This document shows positions 19,233 to 27,857 of a stretch of 55,105 bases of DNA, piece by piece; positions within the stretch are counted from its first letter, which is position 1, and every line of letters starts with the position of its first letter. Both the position numbers and the translations under genes were made by a program. Under the pieces are notes generated by a model. The model ran no database searches. It was not told the origin of the DNA and saw nothing but the letters and a program-made list of their open reading frames with translations. Source of the DNA: Candidatus Giovannonibacteria bacterium (GTDB lineage Bacteria; Patescibacteriota; Minisyncoccia; JACPKW01; UBA11713); assembly GCA_016176285.1 (NCBI GenBank), contig JACOXM010000004.1, positions 1-55,105 on the forward strand, written 5' to 3'.

Positions 19233-19260
19233 AGGGGCGCTGTCCGTGAACAGCGCCCCT
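19233..19260 (-). terminator. Hairpin/terminator after the winged-helix ORF
   Basis: 11-bp stem AGGGGCGCTGT/ACAGCGCCCCT. Confidence 0.6.
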
Positions 19261-19273
19261 TGTTTTAATGAGA

Positions 19274-20227
19274 TTATGAAAGTAAATCTTCCTCGCCGCC
19301 TGACAAGAATCTATACAGACGCAGGGGGTATTCTTCGTAGAACTTGCGTCCTACGCGAGTAATGGCCGCTTCCACGCGGCGCTTTATCGGATGTACCCCA
19401 AATGGTTCGACTTTATCCAATAATGAAAGGGCTTGAATTGCGTTGGCAACATTGTGAGCCTTCACTCCGGAAAGCCGAACGATATCCTCCATGCGAAGAC
19501 GCCGATTCTTTCTAAGAAGACTTGCCACACGCAATATCAGCTCATCCTCTATTTTTTTCCCAACTTCTTTTCCACCTCGCCACTCCCATCCATCAGAGCC
19601 TACCTCATTTACTTCAGAACGATTAACCCGGACAAGTTTCAGGCGTTCAAGGCGTTCCAAGTCATGCCCAAGCGTAACCTCATTAATCATAGTATCCAGC
19701 CGAAGCTGGAAACGGCGCTGAGGCTGCGAGCTATCTGATTCATAAAGAGCTTTTAATATCTTATAAATCCGTCTTGCCCGGCCATAGACAAGCTCCCTAT
19801 CCTTCCCAAAAATCTCACCGAGGTTAATTTCTGCATTCATTACAAATGAAGAAGTAAAGCGCGCGACAGGCAATGCAAATTTTTCTCCCTCCTTTGTTAA
19901 ATGGAACAAAAATTCACCACTTGATGAACTCTTATGCCTAACCTCGTAACCCGCAACTTTCGCGGGGATCAGGAGGTTTGCGAAATATTCACGAATCTCT
20001 TTCGGCAGAACATTTGCCTTCGTGATTTCGGAAACCTTCCCTGCAAGTTCTTTGTCGGTCAGTTTTCTTTCGCGCTCGAGAATCTCCGCAACGATAAGCC
20101 GCGGAATCTCGTGCTGCATGACCGATATCATTAGCACGGTCCTCTCCTCGGGAATCTCAGGAAAAAAGTAATAACCCCGTCTTTTTTCTTTCTTTACCTT
20201 TCCGAGAAACCTATTTATTACTGCCAT
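19274..20227 (-). CDS. Hypothetical basic protein with probable tandem winged-helix domains
   Basis: AAGGAGG SD; HTH-like segments and wing motifs FHLTKEG and AITRVG. Confidence 0.65.
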   Translation of the reverse strand: MAVINRFLGKVKKEKRRGYYFFPEIPEERTVLMISVMQHEIPRLIVAEILERERKLTDKELAGKVSEITKANVLPKEIREYFANLLIPAKVAGYEVRHKSSSSGEFLFHLTKEGEKFALPVARFTSSFVMNAEINLGEIFGKDRELVYGRARRIYKILKALYESDSSQPQRRFQLRLDTMINEVTLGHDLERLERLKLVRVNRSEVNEVGSDGWEWRGGKEVGKKIEDELILRVASLLRKNRRLRMEDIVRLSGVKAHNVANAIQALSLLDKVEPFGVHPIKRRVEAAITRVGRKFYEEYPLRLYRFLSGGEEDLLS

Positions 20228-20431
20228 TTTTAGCCCTCCTTTGGCTATTTTTTTGAATTCAATATTAATACTAGCAAACTATCAAAATCTAACCATTGTT
20301 TCCCGTGTAGTCCTTATTTTTATTTCTTTCCAGTTAGAAAAAATTTCGATAATGAGTGTAAGCTTCGGCGATTTTTTCAACATGCAAAAAACCATACAAG
20401 CCGCGAGGCAACTTCTGATGTTTATACTACT

Positions 20432-20505
20432 TGGCTGCGGGGCCTGGACTCGAACCAGGATACTCGCCTTCAAAGGGCGATGTCCTACCATTAGACGACC
20501 CCGCA
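20432..20505 (-). tRNA. tRNA-Gln(TTG) with encoded CCA
   Basis: Reverse complement TGCGGGGTCGTCTAATGGTAGGAC-ATCGCC-CTTTGAA-GGCGA..GTTCGAGTC..CCCCGCAGCCA. Confidence 0.96.
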
Positions 20506-20564
20506 ATATCCTAGAGTCTAATAGAAAATTGTGAGTTTTTCAATTAAACTAATAACAGTATTTT

Positions 20565-20807
20565 ATGTACTACGTTTATTTAATCCAGTGCGAGGACAAA
20601 AGCATATATACGGGGATTACTACCGACCTGAAAAGAAGATTTCAGGAACACAAAGATAAAAAAGGCGGGCATTATACGAGTGCGCACAAAGTTAAAAAGA
20701 TTTTACGCGCCGAAAAATATCGCACACGCAGCAAAGCACTAAAACGAGAAGCGGAAATAAAAAGCTGGAGGCGCGAGAAGAAATTGAAATTGGTTAAAGG
20801 TAATTAG
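20565..20807 (+). CDS. GIY-YIG nuclease family protein (UPF0213-like)
   Basis: YYVYLI..SIYTGITTDLKRRFQEH..ALKREAEIK. Confidence 0.9.
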   Translation: MYYVYLIQCEDKSIYTGITTDLKRRFQEHKDKKGGHYTSAHKVKKILRAEKYRTRSKALKREAEIKSWRREKKLKLVKGN

Positions 20808-20901
20808 TAGTATAAATAAGGTATAATATATAAATGAAATGGACAAATTTCATGAAACTTTGCTATAAATAACATGAAAATGCTTTTTGAGAGGAGACGC
20901 T

Positions 20902-21270
20902 ATGAATTCCATAATCGTAGATAAGAGTATTTGCTGGATATTGAAGGTTTTTGAGTATCCGACATTGGGGGAAAGGTCCTATCAAACGGACAAAGTGCTG
21001 AGTAATATTATGATCCCAATTGAGTTGTCGTTGAATGCAAGCGAATACGATATTGCAAAAGCGCGACAGCTACTGAAGCAGGCCGGGGAAGACGCGCATG
21101 AATTTTTTATGGAAGTATTTCAACTCGGACTCGGGCCCAATTTCCGTTTGGGTGCGGCCCACTTTACGCTTAGCCGTTCACCAAAAATCGACTGGCAATT
21201 TATTGAGCAGTTGGTTTTTGGAAAGATAAAAAGCATCTACGGTTTCAGCCAGATTTTGAGAATTCAGTGA
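20902..21270 (+). CDS. Hypothetical protein
   Basis: GAGGAG SD before ATG 20902 and a downstream hairpin; no recognisable motif. Confidence 0.6.
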   Translation: MNSIIVDKSICWILKVFEYPTLGERSYQTDKVLSNIMIPIELSLNASEYDIAKARQLLKQAGEDAHEFFMEVFQLGLGPNFRLGAAHFTLSRSPKIDWQFIEQLVFGKIKSIYGFSQILRIQ

Positions 21271-21283
21271 AAAAAGTCACAAA

Positions 21284-21310
21284 GGCGAGGGCTATAACAA
21301 GCTCCTCGCC
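21284..21310 (+). terminator. Hairpin/terminator
   Basis: GGCGAGG-GC..GC-T-CCTCGCC followed by ATTTAAATTT. Confidence 0.5.
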
Positions 21311-21335
21311 ATTTAAATTTATGTATAATAGAAGC

Positions 21336-21671
21336 ATGATACAAAAAATTTTAAAAATCCTTGTAAATATTATTCCCGCCGCGATTATGATTGGGCTTAT
21401 TCCTTTAGTGCAGAACGATTACCTGCTCGCGGTTGTTTATATCGTGATTATTATTGCGGCATTTGTAGTGCATCGCGAGCAACTTGATTTCACAGCTTTC
21501 TTCGTCGGCCTTTTCGCGATGACTATCTCCGAATACGTATTTATATCAACCGGGGCCGAAATATTTACGCGGCAAACTTTCCTGGGAGTCATGCCGATCT
21601 GGCTTCCAGTATTATGGGGGTACGGATTTGTGGTAATTGAACGAGCGGTGAAAATTTTGAGAGATAACTGA
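21336..21671 (+). CDS. Small 4-TM membrane protein (DUF2878-like)
   Basis: SEYVFISTG and MPIWLPVLWG; TGTATAAT just upstream of ATG 21336. Confidence 0.65.
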   Translation: MIQKILKILVNIIPAAIMIGLIPLVQNDYLLAVVYIVIIIAAFVVHREQLDFTAFFVGLFAMTISEYVFISTGAEIFTRQTFLGVMPIWLPVLWGYGFVVIERAVKILRDN

Positions 21672-21688
21672 ATTTGTGAAATCGAAGT

Positions 21689-22141
21689 ATGCCACATATT
21701 CATGAAAAAATTGATTTAACTGTTGAAGTTTTCATCGTACACAAAAATAAAGTCCTCCTTCGAAAACACGACAAGTATGAAATCTGGCTATCCGTCGGGG
21801 GGCACATTGAACTGGATGAAGACCCGAACCAAGCTGCAATACGGGAAGTAAAAGAAGAGGTCGGTCTTGATATCGAGCTTATAGATTACAGGGATTTTAT
21901 ATTTGAAGATGAAAGATTTAAAGAGTTAATTCCACCCGTGGCACTGAACCGGCATAGAATTTCTGATGCGCATGAACACGTAACCATGGTTTATTACGCA
22001 AAAACTAATTCTGACAAAATTATTCCCGAAAAAGATACTGATGAGTGGAAATGGTGCGAAAAAGACGACATCGAAAAATTAGATAATACACCCAAAGACG
22101 TGGTTTACCACGCAAAACGCGCGTTGGCGCAAATCACATAA
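21689..22141 (+). CDS. NUDIX hydrolase
   Basis: GGHIELDEDPNQAAIREVKEEVG Nudix box. Confidence 0.93.
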   Translation: MPHIHEKIDLTVEVFIVHKNKVLLRKHDKYEIWLSVGGHIELDEDPNQAAIREVKEEVGLDIELIDYRDFIFEDERFKELIPPVALNRHRISDAHEHVTMVYYAKTNSDKIIPEKDTDEWKWCEKDDIEKLDNTPKDVVYHAKRALAQIT

Positions 22142-22191
22142 TTTAGGTACAATACGAAAAAATAAACATAGCTTGAGGAGGATAAGGATAT

Positions 22192-22599
22192 ATGTACATA
22201 AAGGGAAGAGCCTATAGCTCAACTTACTTGGCTTTACGTAGATTCTTTTTCGAGACGAAAAACAGGAACTCATCAAGAATTTTTTTGATGAAGTGCACTA
22301 GCAAGCTCTGCCTGGCGGAGATCACATCATCCCGAAGATTCGTAATTCCTTGCGGGTTTTACAGCGGGCTTAATGATATGGAAAGCTGGAAAATAAGAAC
22401 AAAGTCCGGCCACATTTGGTTCGACGCTCAAAAGAAGCTAATGCATACAAAGCTAGGCATTGAGATCCCAAACTTCGAGCGCTGGAAGGTATTTTCCGAA
22501 AGCGATGAGCGTTTAGAATTAAGGTTGGGATCTGAAGAGATGGTGTTCATTAGAGGAGGCAACAATATAATCGAGGAACTTAAAAGAGCTGTAACTTAG
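22192..22599 (+). CDS. Hypothetical protein (start uncertain, 22192 or 22288)
   Basis: GAGGAGG upstream, fills the intergenic gap, hairpin over the stop. Confidence 0.5.
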   Translation: MYIKGRAYSSTYLALRRFFFETKNRNSSRIFLMKCTSKLCLAEITSSRRFVIPCGFYSGLNDMESWKIRTKSGHIWFDAQKKLMHTKLGIEIPNFERWKVFSESDERLELRLGSEEMVFIRGGNNIIEELKRAVT

Positions 22600-22620
22600 C
22601 TCTTTTAAAATCGTCTAATA
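22590..22620 (+). promoter_or_regulatory. Candidate ECF-sigma promoter of the YggT gene, overlapping a hairpin
   Basis: TGTAAC-N16-CGTCTAATA; overlaps the inverted repeat TAAAAGAGCT/AGCTCTTTTA. Confidence 0.55.
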
Positions 22621-22633
22621 TATAATAATTTCT

Positions 22634-22987
22634 ATGGATCAATTTATGGAAGAATTTACACTAAAGGCATTAATTTACCGCATAACTAGGGCCATATGGT
22701 TCCTATTCGGAATCATTGAATCTTTTTTATTCTTGCGTTTTTTGTTGAGATTATTCGGCGCGAACCCTAACGCAAGATTTACAATGTTTATATATAGTTT
22801 AACAAACCCCTTGATGGCACCTTTTTCAAATGTTTTTAATGTTTTTGAAGCCGGGGGTGTAATAATAGACGCGAATATTATTTTGGCTCTGTTTGTTTAT
22901 TATCTCGTCGCATGGGGAATTATTCGGCTGATATTAATGGCGCGACCAATCCATATGATTGAAAAGGAAGGAAAATTCAAGAAATAA
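22634..22987 (+). CDS. YggT family membrane protein
   Basis: LRFLLRLFGANP, IYSLTNPLMAPF. Confidence 0.85.
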   Translation: MDQFMEEFTLKALIYRITRAIWFLFGIIESFLFLRFLLRLFGANPNARFTMFIYSLTNPLMAPFSNVFNVFEAGGVIIDANIILALFVYYLVAWGIIRLILMARPIHMIEKEGKFKK

Positions 22988-23048
22988 ATTGACCGGGAAA
23001 TTGTTTTGTGATATTTTGTGATAACCTCGCACGATGCGGGGTTTTATC

Positions 23049-24851
23049 ATGGAAATAAGAAATATCGCAATTATCGCCCACGTAGACCACGGAAAAACAA
23101 CTCTGACGGACGCAATCTTACGACAAACAGGTTCAGTGGAAGCGGGGATATCAATGGACTCAAATACGCTTGAACAGGAGCGCGGCATTACGATTTACTC
23201 AAAAAATGCATCCGTAATGTATAAAGGAACGAAAATAAATATAGTAGACACGCCGGGGCACGCGGATTTCGGTTCGGAAGTTGAGCGCGTATTGCGTTCA
23301 ATCGACTCCGTTTTATTGATCGTAGATGCCCAAGAAGGTCCCATGCCCCAGACAAGATTTGTTTTAAAGAAATCTCTTGAACTTGGTTTGAAGCCAATCG
23401 TTGTAATTAACAAGATAGATAAACCGGCGGCGAATCCTGACAAATGCGAAGAAGGAGTTTTAGAACTTTTTCTTGAACTCGGCGCAAGCAACGAACAGGC
23501 AAATTTTCCCGTAATTTATTCAATTGGAAGACAGGGGATTGCTAAAAAAAATTTATCGGATGATTCCAAAGATTTAACTCCGCTATTGGATGCGATTCTT
23601 GAATTCGTTCCATCCGCCTCGAAAGCGAATACCGATAAGCCTTTAAAATTTCAGCCATTTAATCTTGGATATGATAACTTTTTGGGCCGCCTTGCTGTTG
23701 GCAGAATTTACGACGGCTCAATTTCTCCGAACAGCGCCGCATACATTATAAATAGCACGGGAGAAATGAGGTCCGGAAAAATTACAAAAGTTTTTTCATT
23801 CAAGGGCCTTGAAAAAATAGAAACCGATAAGGCCGAGGCCGGTGATATAGTATTGATTGCAGGACTTCCCGATATTTTTATCGGTGAAACCGTAACAACC
23901 GATCCCGCTGCCGAACCGCTACCCTCGATTGCGATTGATGAACCTACAATAGTATTAAATTTTCTCGTAAATAATTCCCCATTCGGGGGAAGGGAAGGAA
24001 AATTTGTAACTTCGCGCCAGATACGCGAGCGCTTATTGAGGGAGCTTGAGATAAATGTCGGTTTGCGCGTAGAATTTTCTTCCGCGGATATTTTCCGGGT
24101 TTACGGGAGAGGGGAACTCCACATTGCGATACTCCTTGAAAACATGCGGCGCGAAGGATATGAACTTCAGATTTCACAGCCGCAAGTCATTATCCGCGAA
24201 GAAAAAGGCGTTAAAACAGAGCCGTTTGAAGAAATAATTATTGATGCGCCTGCAGAATATCAGGGAAGCATTATAGAGAGGCTGGGTACTAGAAAAGCAA
24301 TTTTAAGAGATCTTAGGAATCACGGCAATCTCGTAAGGATGACGTTCGAAGGACCAACGCGCGGCCTTTTAGGTTACAGAAATCAATTTATTATCGACAC
24401 TAAAGGAGAAGGCATTATTTCTTCGAGAGTAATTGGCTTTAAAGAATACGCGGGCGAAATTACGAAAAAAGCTACGGGATCTATGGTGTCTATGGCAAAC
24501 GGTAAAGCTCTTGCATATTCTTTGTGGAATCTTCAGGAAAGAGGAAATTTATATATAGGACCAAATATCGATGTTTATGAAGGAATGGTAATTGGCAACA
24601 CTTCCAAGGGTGATGAGATGACAGTTAACCCAACCAAAGGCAAAAACCTCACTAACGTGCGGTCAAAGGCATCAGATGAAGCAATCGAATTGATACCCCC
24701 GCTCAAACTTACTATAGAACGGGGACTCGAAATTATGGCAGATAACGAATACCTCGAAATTACACCTGAATCTATCAGGCTAAGAAAACATTATTTAAGA
24801 GAAGTGGAGAGAAATAAATCCAAGAAAACTGCTTTCGAGATGCAGTCTTAA
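23049..24851 (+). CDS. typA: Translational GTPase TypA/BipA
   Basis: AHVDHGKTT, DTPGHADFG, GRGELH, EITPESIRLRK. Confidence 0.97.
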   Translation: MEIRNIAIIAHVDHGKTTLTDAILRQTGSVEAGISMDSNTLEQERGITIYSKNASVMYKGTKINIVDTPGHADFGSEVERVLRSIDSVLLIVDAQEGPMPQTRFVLKKSLELGLKPIVVINKIDKPAANPDKCEEGVLELFLELGASNEQANFPVIYSIGRQGIAKKNLSDDSKDLTPLLDAILEFVPSASKANTDKPLKFQPFNLGYDNFLGRLAVGRIYDGSISPNSAAYIINSTGEMRSGKITKVFSFKGLEKIETDKAEAGDIVLIAGLPDIFIGETVTTDPAAEPLPSIAIDEPTIVLNFLVNNSPFGGREGKFVTSRQIRERLLRELEINVGLRVEFSSADIFRVYGRGELHIAILLENMRREGYELQISQPQVIIREEKGVKTEPFEEIIIDAPAEYQGSIIERLGTRKAILRDLRNHGNLVRMTFEGPTRGLLGYRNQFIIDTKGEGIISSRVIGFKEYAGEITKKATGSMVSMANGKALAYSLWNLQERGNLYIGPNIDVYEGMVIGNTSKGDEMTVNPTKGKNLTNVRSKASDEAIELIPPLKLTIERGLEIMADNEYLEITPESIRLRKHYLREVERNKSKKTAFEMQS

Positions 24852-25141
24852 ATATTGAATTCCTGTTCTTGTTCGTTCTCTAGCTGGTCATCAGTAGATT
24901 CTTCTGGCATATCATCACCCAAAAATTCAATTCTAACTTTTTTGGGTTTGTTAGTATCTTCGATCTTAGCCAAAAAAGTTTGGATGTCTTCGTATTTGTA
25001 TACTCTATAATTGTTTATAGGATGCCTGAAAGCAACTAGTTTCTTTTTCTTGTCCCAATTTCTAAGCGTCAATGCTGAAACTCCGAGTAATTTAGCAGCA
25101 GCCTTGATATTTATAAACTTGGATGCTTCGCTATCATTCAT
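24848..25141 (-). CDS. MerR/excisionase-like HTH protein with acidic tail
   Basis: IKAAAKLLGVSALTLRNWD..RHPINNYRVY. Confidence 0.85.
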   Translation of the reverse strand: MNDSEASKFINIKAAAKLLGVSALTLRNWDKKKKLVAFRHPINNYRVYKYEDIQTFLAKIEDTNKPKKVRIEFLGDDMPEESTDDQLENEQEQEFNI

Positions 25142-25203
25142 ATGATAATATTATTATATATCTAAATACTGCATAGTGCATAACTTTATAAAAGGTATAT
25201 AAC

Positions 25204-25437
25204 ATGAATAAATCATCAGGATTTTTCAAAATCATAATAATCCTAGTAATAGCTGTAATAGCATTAAGCTTAATGGGATTTTCATTAGGGGATCTGGCAA
25301 GAAATGAAAAGATCAAAGAGAATTTCTCGTATATAAAAAATCTGGGAGCCAAAGCATGGGAAAAAATGACAGCGCCCTTAAGAAAACAAAGTAACGCTGA
25401 AATTTTCCAAGAATGGCAGGGAAGTCTTTATTCCTAG
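25204..25437 (+). CDS. Small single-TM hypothetical protein
   Basis: Hydrophobic N-terminal helix; divergent from the HTH gene. Confidence 0.6.
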   Translation: MNKSSGFFKIIIILVIAVIALSLMGFSLGDLARNEKIKENFSYIKNLGAKAWEKMTAPLRKQSNAEIFQEWQGSLYS

Positions 25438-25442
25438 TATAC

Positions 25443-25470
25443 GTGTCGCAAAAGCTATGTTGTGCGACAT
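25443..25470. other. dif-like Xer recombination site candidate (11-6-11)
   Basis: GTGTCGCAAAA-GCTATG-TTGTGCGACAT; intergenic, inverted arms, 28 bp. Confidence 0.45.
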
Positions 25471-25500
25471 GCAAGGTTAAGTAAAAAATCCCTCCCCTTC

Positions 25501-25857
25501 CTATAACCCCGGGCAATTGGCGGCGGGACGGTATCCGGCTTTTTCGGCGTCATCGCGCGAAGAAAAATATATTTTATTTTCTTCTTTTATTCTTGCGGCT
25601 CCGGAACACCATGAATAATGATAAGATGTTCCATTTTTAGATCCAACAATTTGCCCTCCCTCCTTCCCCATTTTTTGCTCCGCGGGGGACATCTCTTGCT
25701 TCTCAATGCTAATTGGATACTGGAATTCCTTAATTGCGGAAATTCTGCCGAGCGCAAATCCAATTATCGAAACAAGAATAATTATAAAGGCTAATAATAA
25801 GTCCTTCTCGTTTATGAGAAGCCAATCCTTGACTTTATTGATCCATCCGCGTACCAT
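25501..25857 (-). CDS. Membrane-anchored protein with Ada metal-binding-like C-terminal domain
   Basis: TM, then GSKNGTSYHYSWC..F.S..AEKAGYRPAANCP. Confidence 0.8.
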   Translation of the reverse strand: MVRGWINKVKDWLLINEKDLLLAFIIILVSIIGFALGRISAIKEFQYPISIEKQEMSPAEQKMGKEGGQIVGSKNGTSYHYSWCSGAARIKEENKIYFSSRDDAEKAGYRPAANCPGL

Positions 25858-25876
25858 ACTTCTATAATACAGAAAA

Positions 25877-26155
25877 ATGGCACATACAAAAGCAACCGGC
25901 TCTACATCTAATCTTCGCGACTCTAAACCCAAATATCTTGGGGTTAAACTTTTTGAAGGTGAAAAAGCTAAAATCGGGTCAGTTTTAATACGCCAGCGGG
26001 GAACGAAATTTTGGCCCGGTGAAAACGTTCGCGCAGGAAAAGACTGGACTCTTTACGCCATCAAGGATGGAAAAGTTAAGTTTTCAACAAAAAGAAAAAA
26101 CAGGTTTGACGGCAAAAATACGAGAATCCGCGTGGTAAGTGTTATTGCGGCTTAA
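25877..26155 (+). CDS. rpmA: 50S ribosomal protein L27
   Basis: [28 protein letters not shown]. Confidence 0.97.
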   Translation: MAHTKATGSTSNLRDSKPKYLGVKLFEGEKAKIGSVLIRQRGTKFWPGENVRAGKDWTLYAIKDGKVKFSTKRKNRFDGKNTRIRVVSVIAA

Positions 26156-26591
26156 TCTCAACCTTAACCCTAGCCTTTTTCGCGAAAGAATTTTCAATAT
26201 CAATTTGAAATTCCCCTATCTCCTTAAGGGGTTTTTCTAATTTAATCCAATCGGTTGGAATTGTAGCGATTCCGCCTTCGGCCAATTTATCGGCAATTTC
26301 TTTCTTGGAAATAGATTCGTATAACTTCCCTTTTTCGGATGCCTTCGCATTAAATACGAGGCAAACATCGGTAAGTTTATCCAGTTCCTTTGAATTTTTT
26401 CCTTCGATTTCTTTTTTATTTTTCTCCCGCAATACAATTTCGTTCTGATGCTTCTTTATCCTTTCCTTTGTGGCCAGTTCAGCTAGCTTGTTGGGCAAGA
26501 GATAATTTCTAAAAAACCCATCTTTTACATCTTTAATATCTCCCCTCTGGCCAAGCTTTGCAACGTCTTTTAATAAAATGACTAAAGGCAT
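26142..26591 (-). CDS. rplI: 50S ribosomal protein L9
   Basis: [42 protein letters not shown]. Confidence 0.95.
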   Translation of the reverse strand: MPLVILLKDVAKLGQRGDIKDVKDGFFRNYLLPNKLAELATKERIKKHQNEIVLREKNKKEIEGKNSKELDKLTDVCLVFNAKASEKGKLYESISKKEIADKLAEGGIATIPTDWIKLEKPLKEIGEFQIDIENSFAKKARVKVEIKPQ

Positions 26592-26593
26592 AA

Positions 26594-27820
26594 TTATTGT
26601 TTTGGCCACCCTTTTAATATTTCTAATGCTTTATCCATTTGTGGATCTTTTTTCTGCTTTAAGTCCTCGGAAGTCATCTTCACTTCGAAGTCCGGCTTTA
26701 TGCCTGCTTTCGTAATATCAACCCCGTTTGGCGTTAGCCAGCGTGCAATTGTTATTTTAAGGGATGTATCGCCGGTAATTGGCACGACTTCTTGAACGGA
26801 TCCTTTTCCAAAAGTTTTTTCTCCGACTAGCTTGGCTTTGCCGTTGTCGTGCAATGCTCCAGCGAGTATTTCGGAAGCTGATGCTGAACCGCCGTCAACT
26901 AAAATTACCAGAGGGAAGTTAGGAAACGCGTTGTATCCCTTTGATTTATGCACGTTCTCGCTCCCGTCGCGGTACTTTTCGCGGAGCACTGGCTTCCCTA
27001 CTTCCAAAAACCAGGAAGCCATGTCTACGGCCGATTCAAGATAACCCCCAGGATTCCCGCGCAAATCAATCACGAGCTTATCGGCATTTGAAAAAACAAA
27101 GTCACGAAGTGCCTTCTGGAATTCAAATGCGGACCTCTCGGAAAAATTGTGCAAACGAATTACAAAAACATCGGAACCGATTTTTTCGGTTTCCAGGACC
27201 GGAATCTGAATCGTATCGCGAACAACGCTCAAAACACGCGGCTTATCTTCTCCCTCCGAAATAATTGTTAAATTTACCGGGGTTCCCTTCGGCCCTCGGA
27301 TTAAAGTGACGGCTTCCTCCACTGTCATATTGGTGGTTTCCTTGTCTTCAATTTTTAAGATTTTGTCTCCGGTTTTAATTCCCGCCGCAAATGCAGGCGT
27401 TCCCTTAAGTGGAGCTACGACGGTTAAAAACCCATCCTTAATTGATACTTCCATTCCTACGCCCCCAAAATTACCCCTCACGCCTGACTCAAACAATTCC
27501 TTTTGCACCGGCGGAAAAAATGTTGTGTAGGGATCATCAAGGGGCTTTAATAGGCCATTGATTGCTCCCCAAACCATCTCCTGACGATCAACCTTTTCAG
27601 GCAGGCCATATTTATCCTCAACTAAACGCCATACTTTCCAAAAAGGCTCAAAATCAACAGTAACATCATTTGGCTGAACCTTGCCTGATATCCATGGAAT
27701 TTTTTCTATTTCCGCTCTGCGGCTATATCCAAAAGCCGCACCAATCGAAAAAGACGCGCCTATTATTACTAGCGCGGCAAATATTATAAATATCTTCTTT
27801 TTAGCAGACATTTTTTCCAT
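26594..27820 (-). CDS. ctpA: Carboxyl-terminal processing protease (S41, PDZ)
   Basis: DPYT, GVGM PDZ, DLRGNPGG, SASASEI, GKGSVQ. Confidence 0.93.
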   Translation of the reverse strand: MEKMSAKKKIFIIFAALVIIGASFSIGAAFGYSRRAEIEKIPWISGKVQPNDVTVDFEPFWKVWRLVEDKYGLPEKVDRQEMVWGAINGLLKPLDDPYTTFFPPVQKELFESGVRGNFGGVGMEVSIKDGFLTVVAPLKGTPAFAAGIKTGDKILKIEDKETTNMTVEEAVTLIRGPKGTPVNLTIISEGEDKPRVLSVVRDTIQIPVLETEKIGSDVFVIRLHNFSERSAFEFQKALRDFVFSNADKLVIDLRGNPGGYLESAVDMASWFLEVGKPVLREKYRDGSENVHKSKGYNAFPNFPLVILVDGGSASASEILAGALHDNGKAKLVGEKTFGKGSVQEVVPITGDTSLKITIARWLTPNGVDITKAGIKPDFEVKMTSEDLKQKKDPQMDKALEILKGWPKQ

Positions 27821-27857
27821 AGCGCGTGATATCTACATATACTAAAATAAATATAGT

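Noticed and set aside
20241-20534. ORFs 20241-20534 and 20282-20506
   Set aside because: They overlap tRNA-Gln; spurious translations
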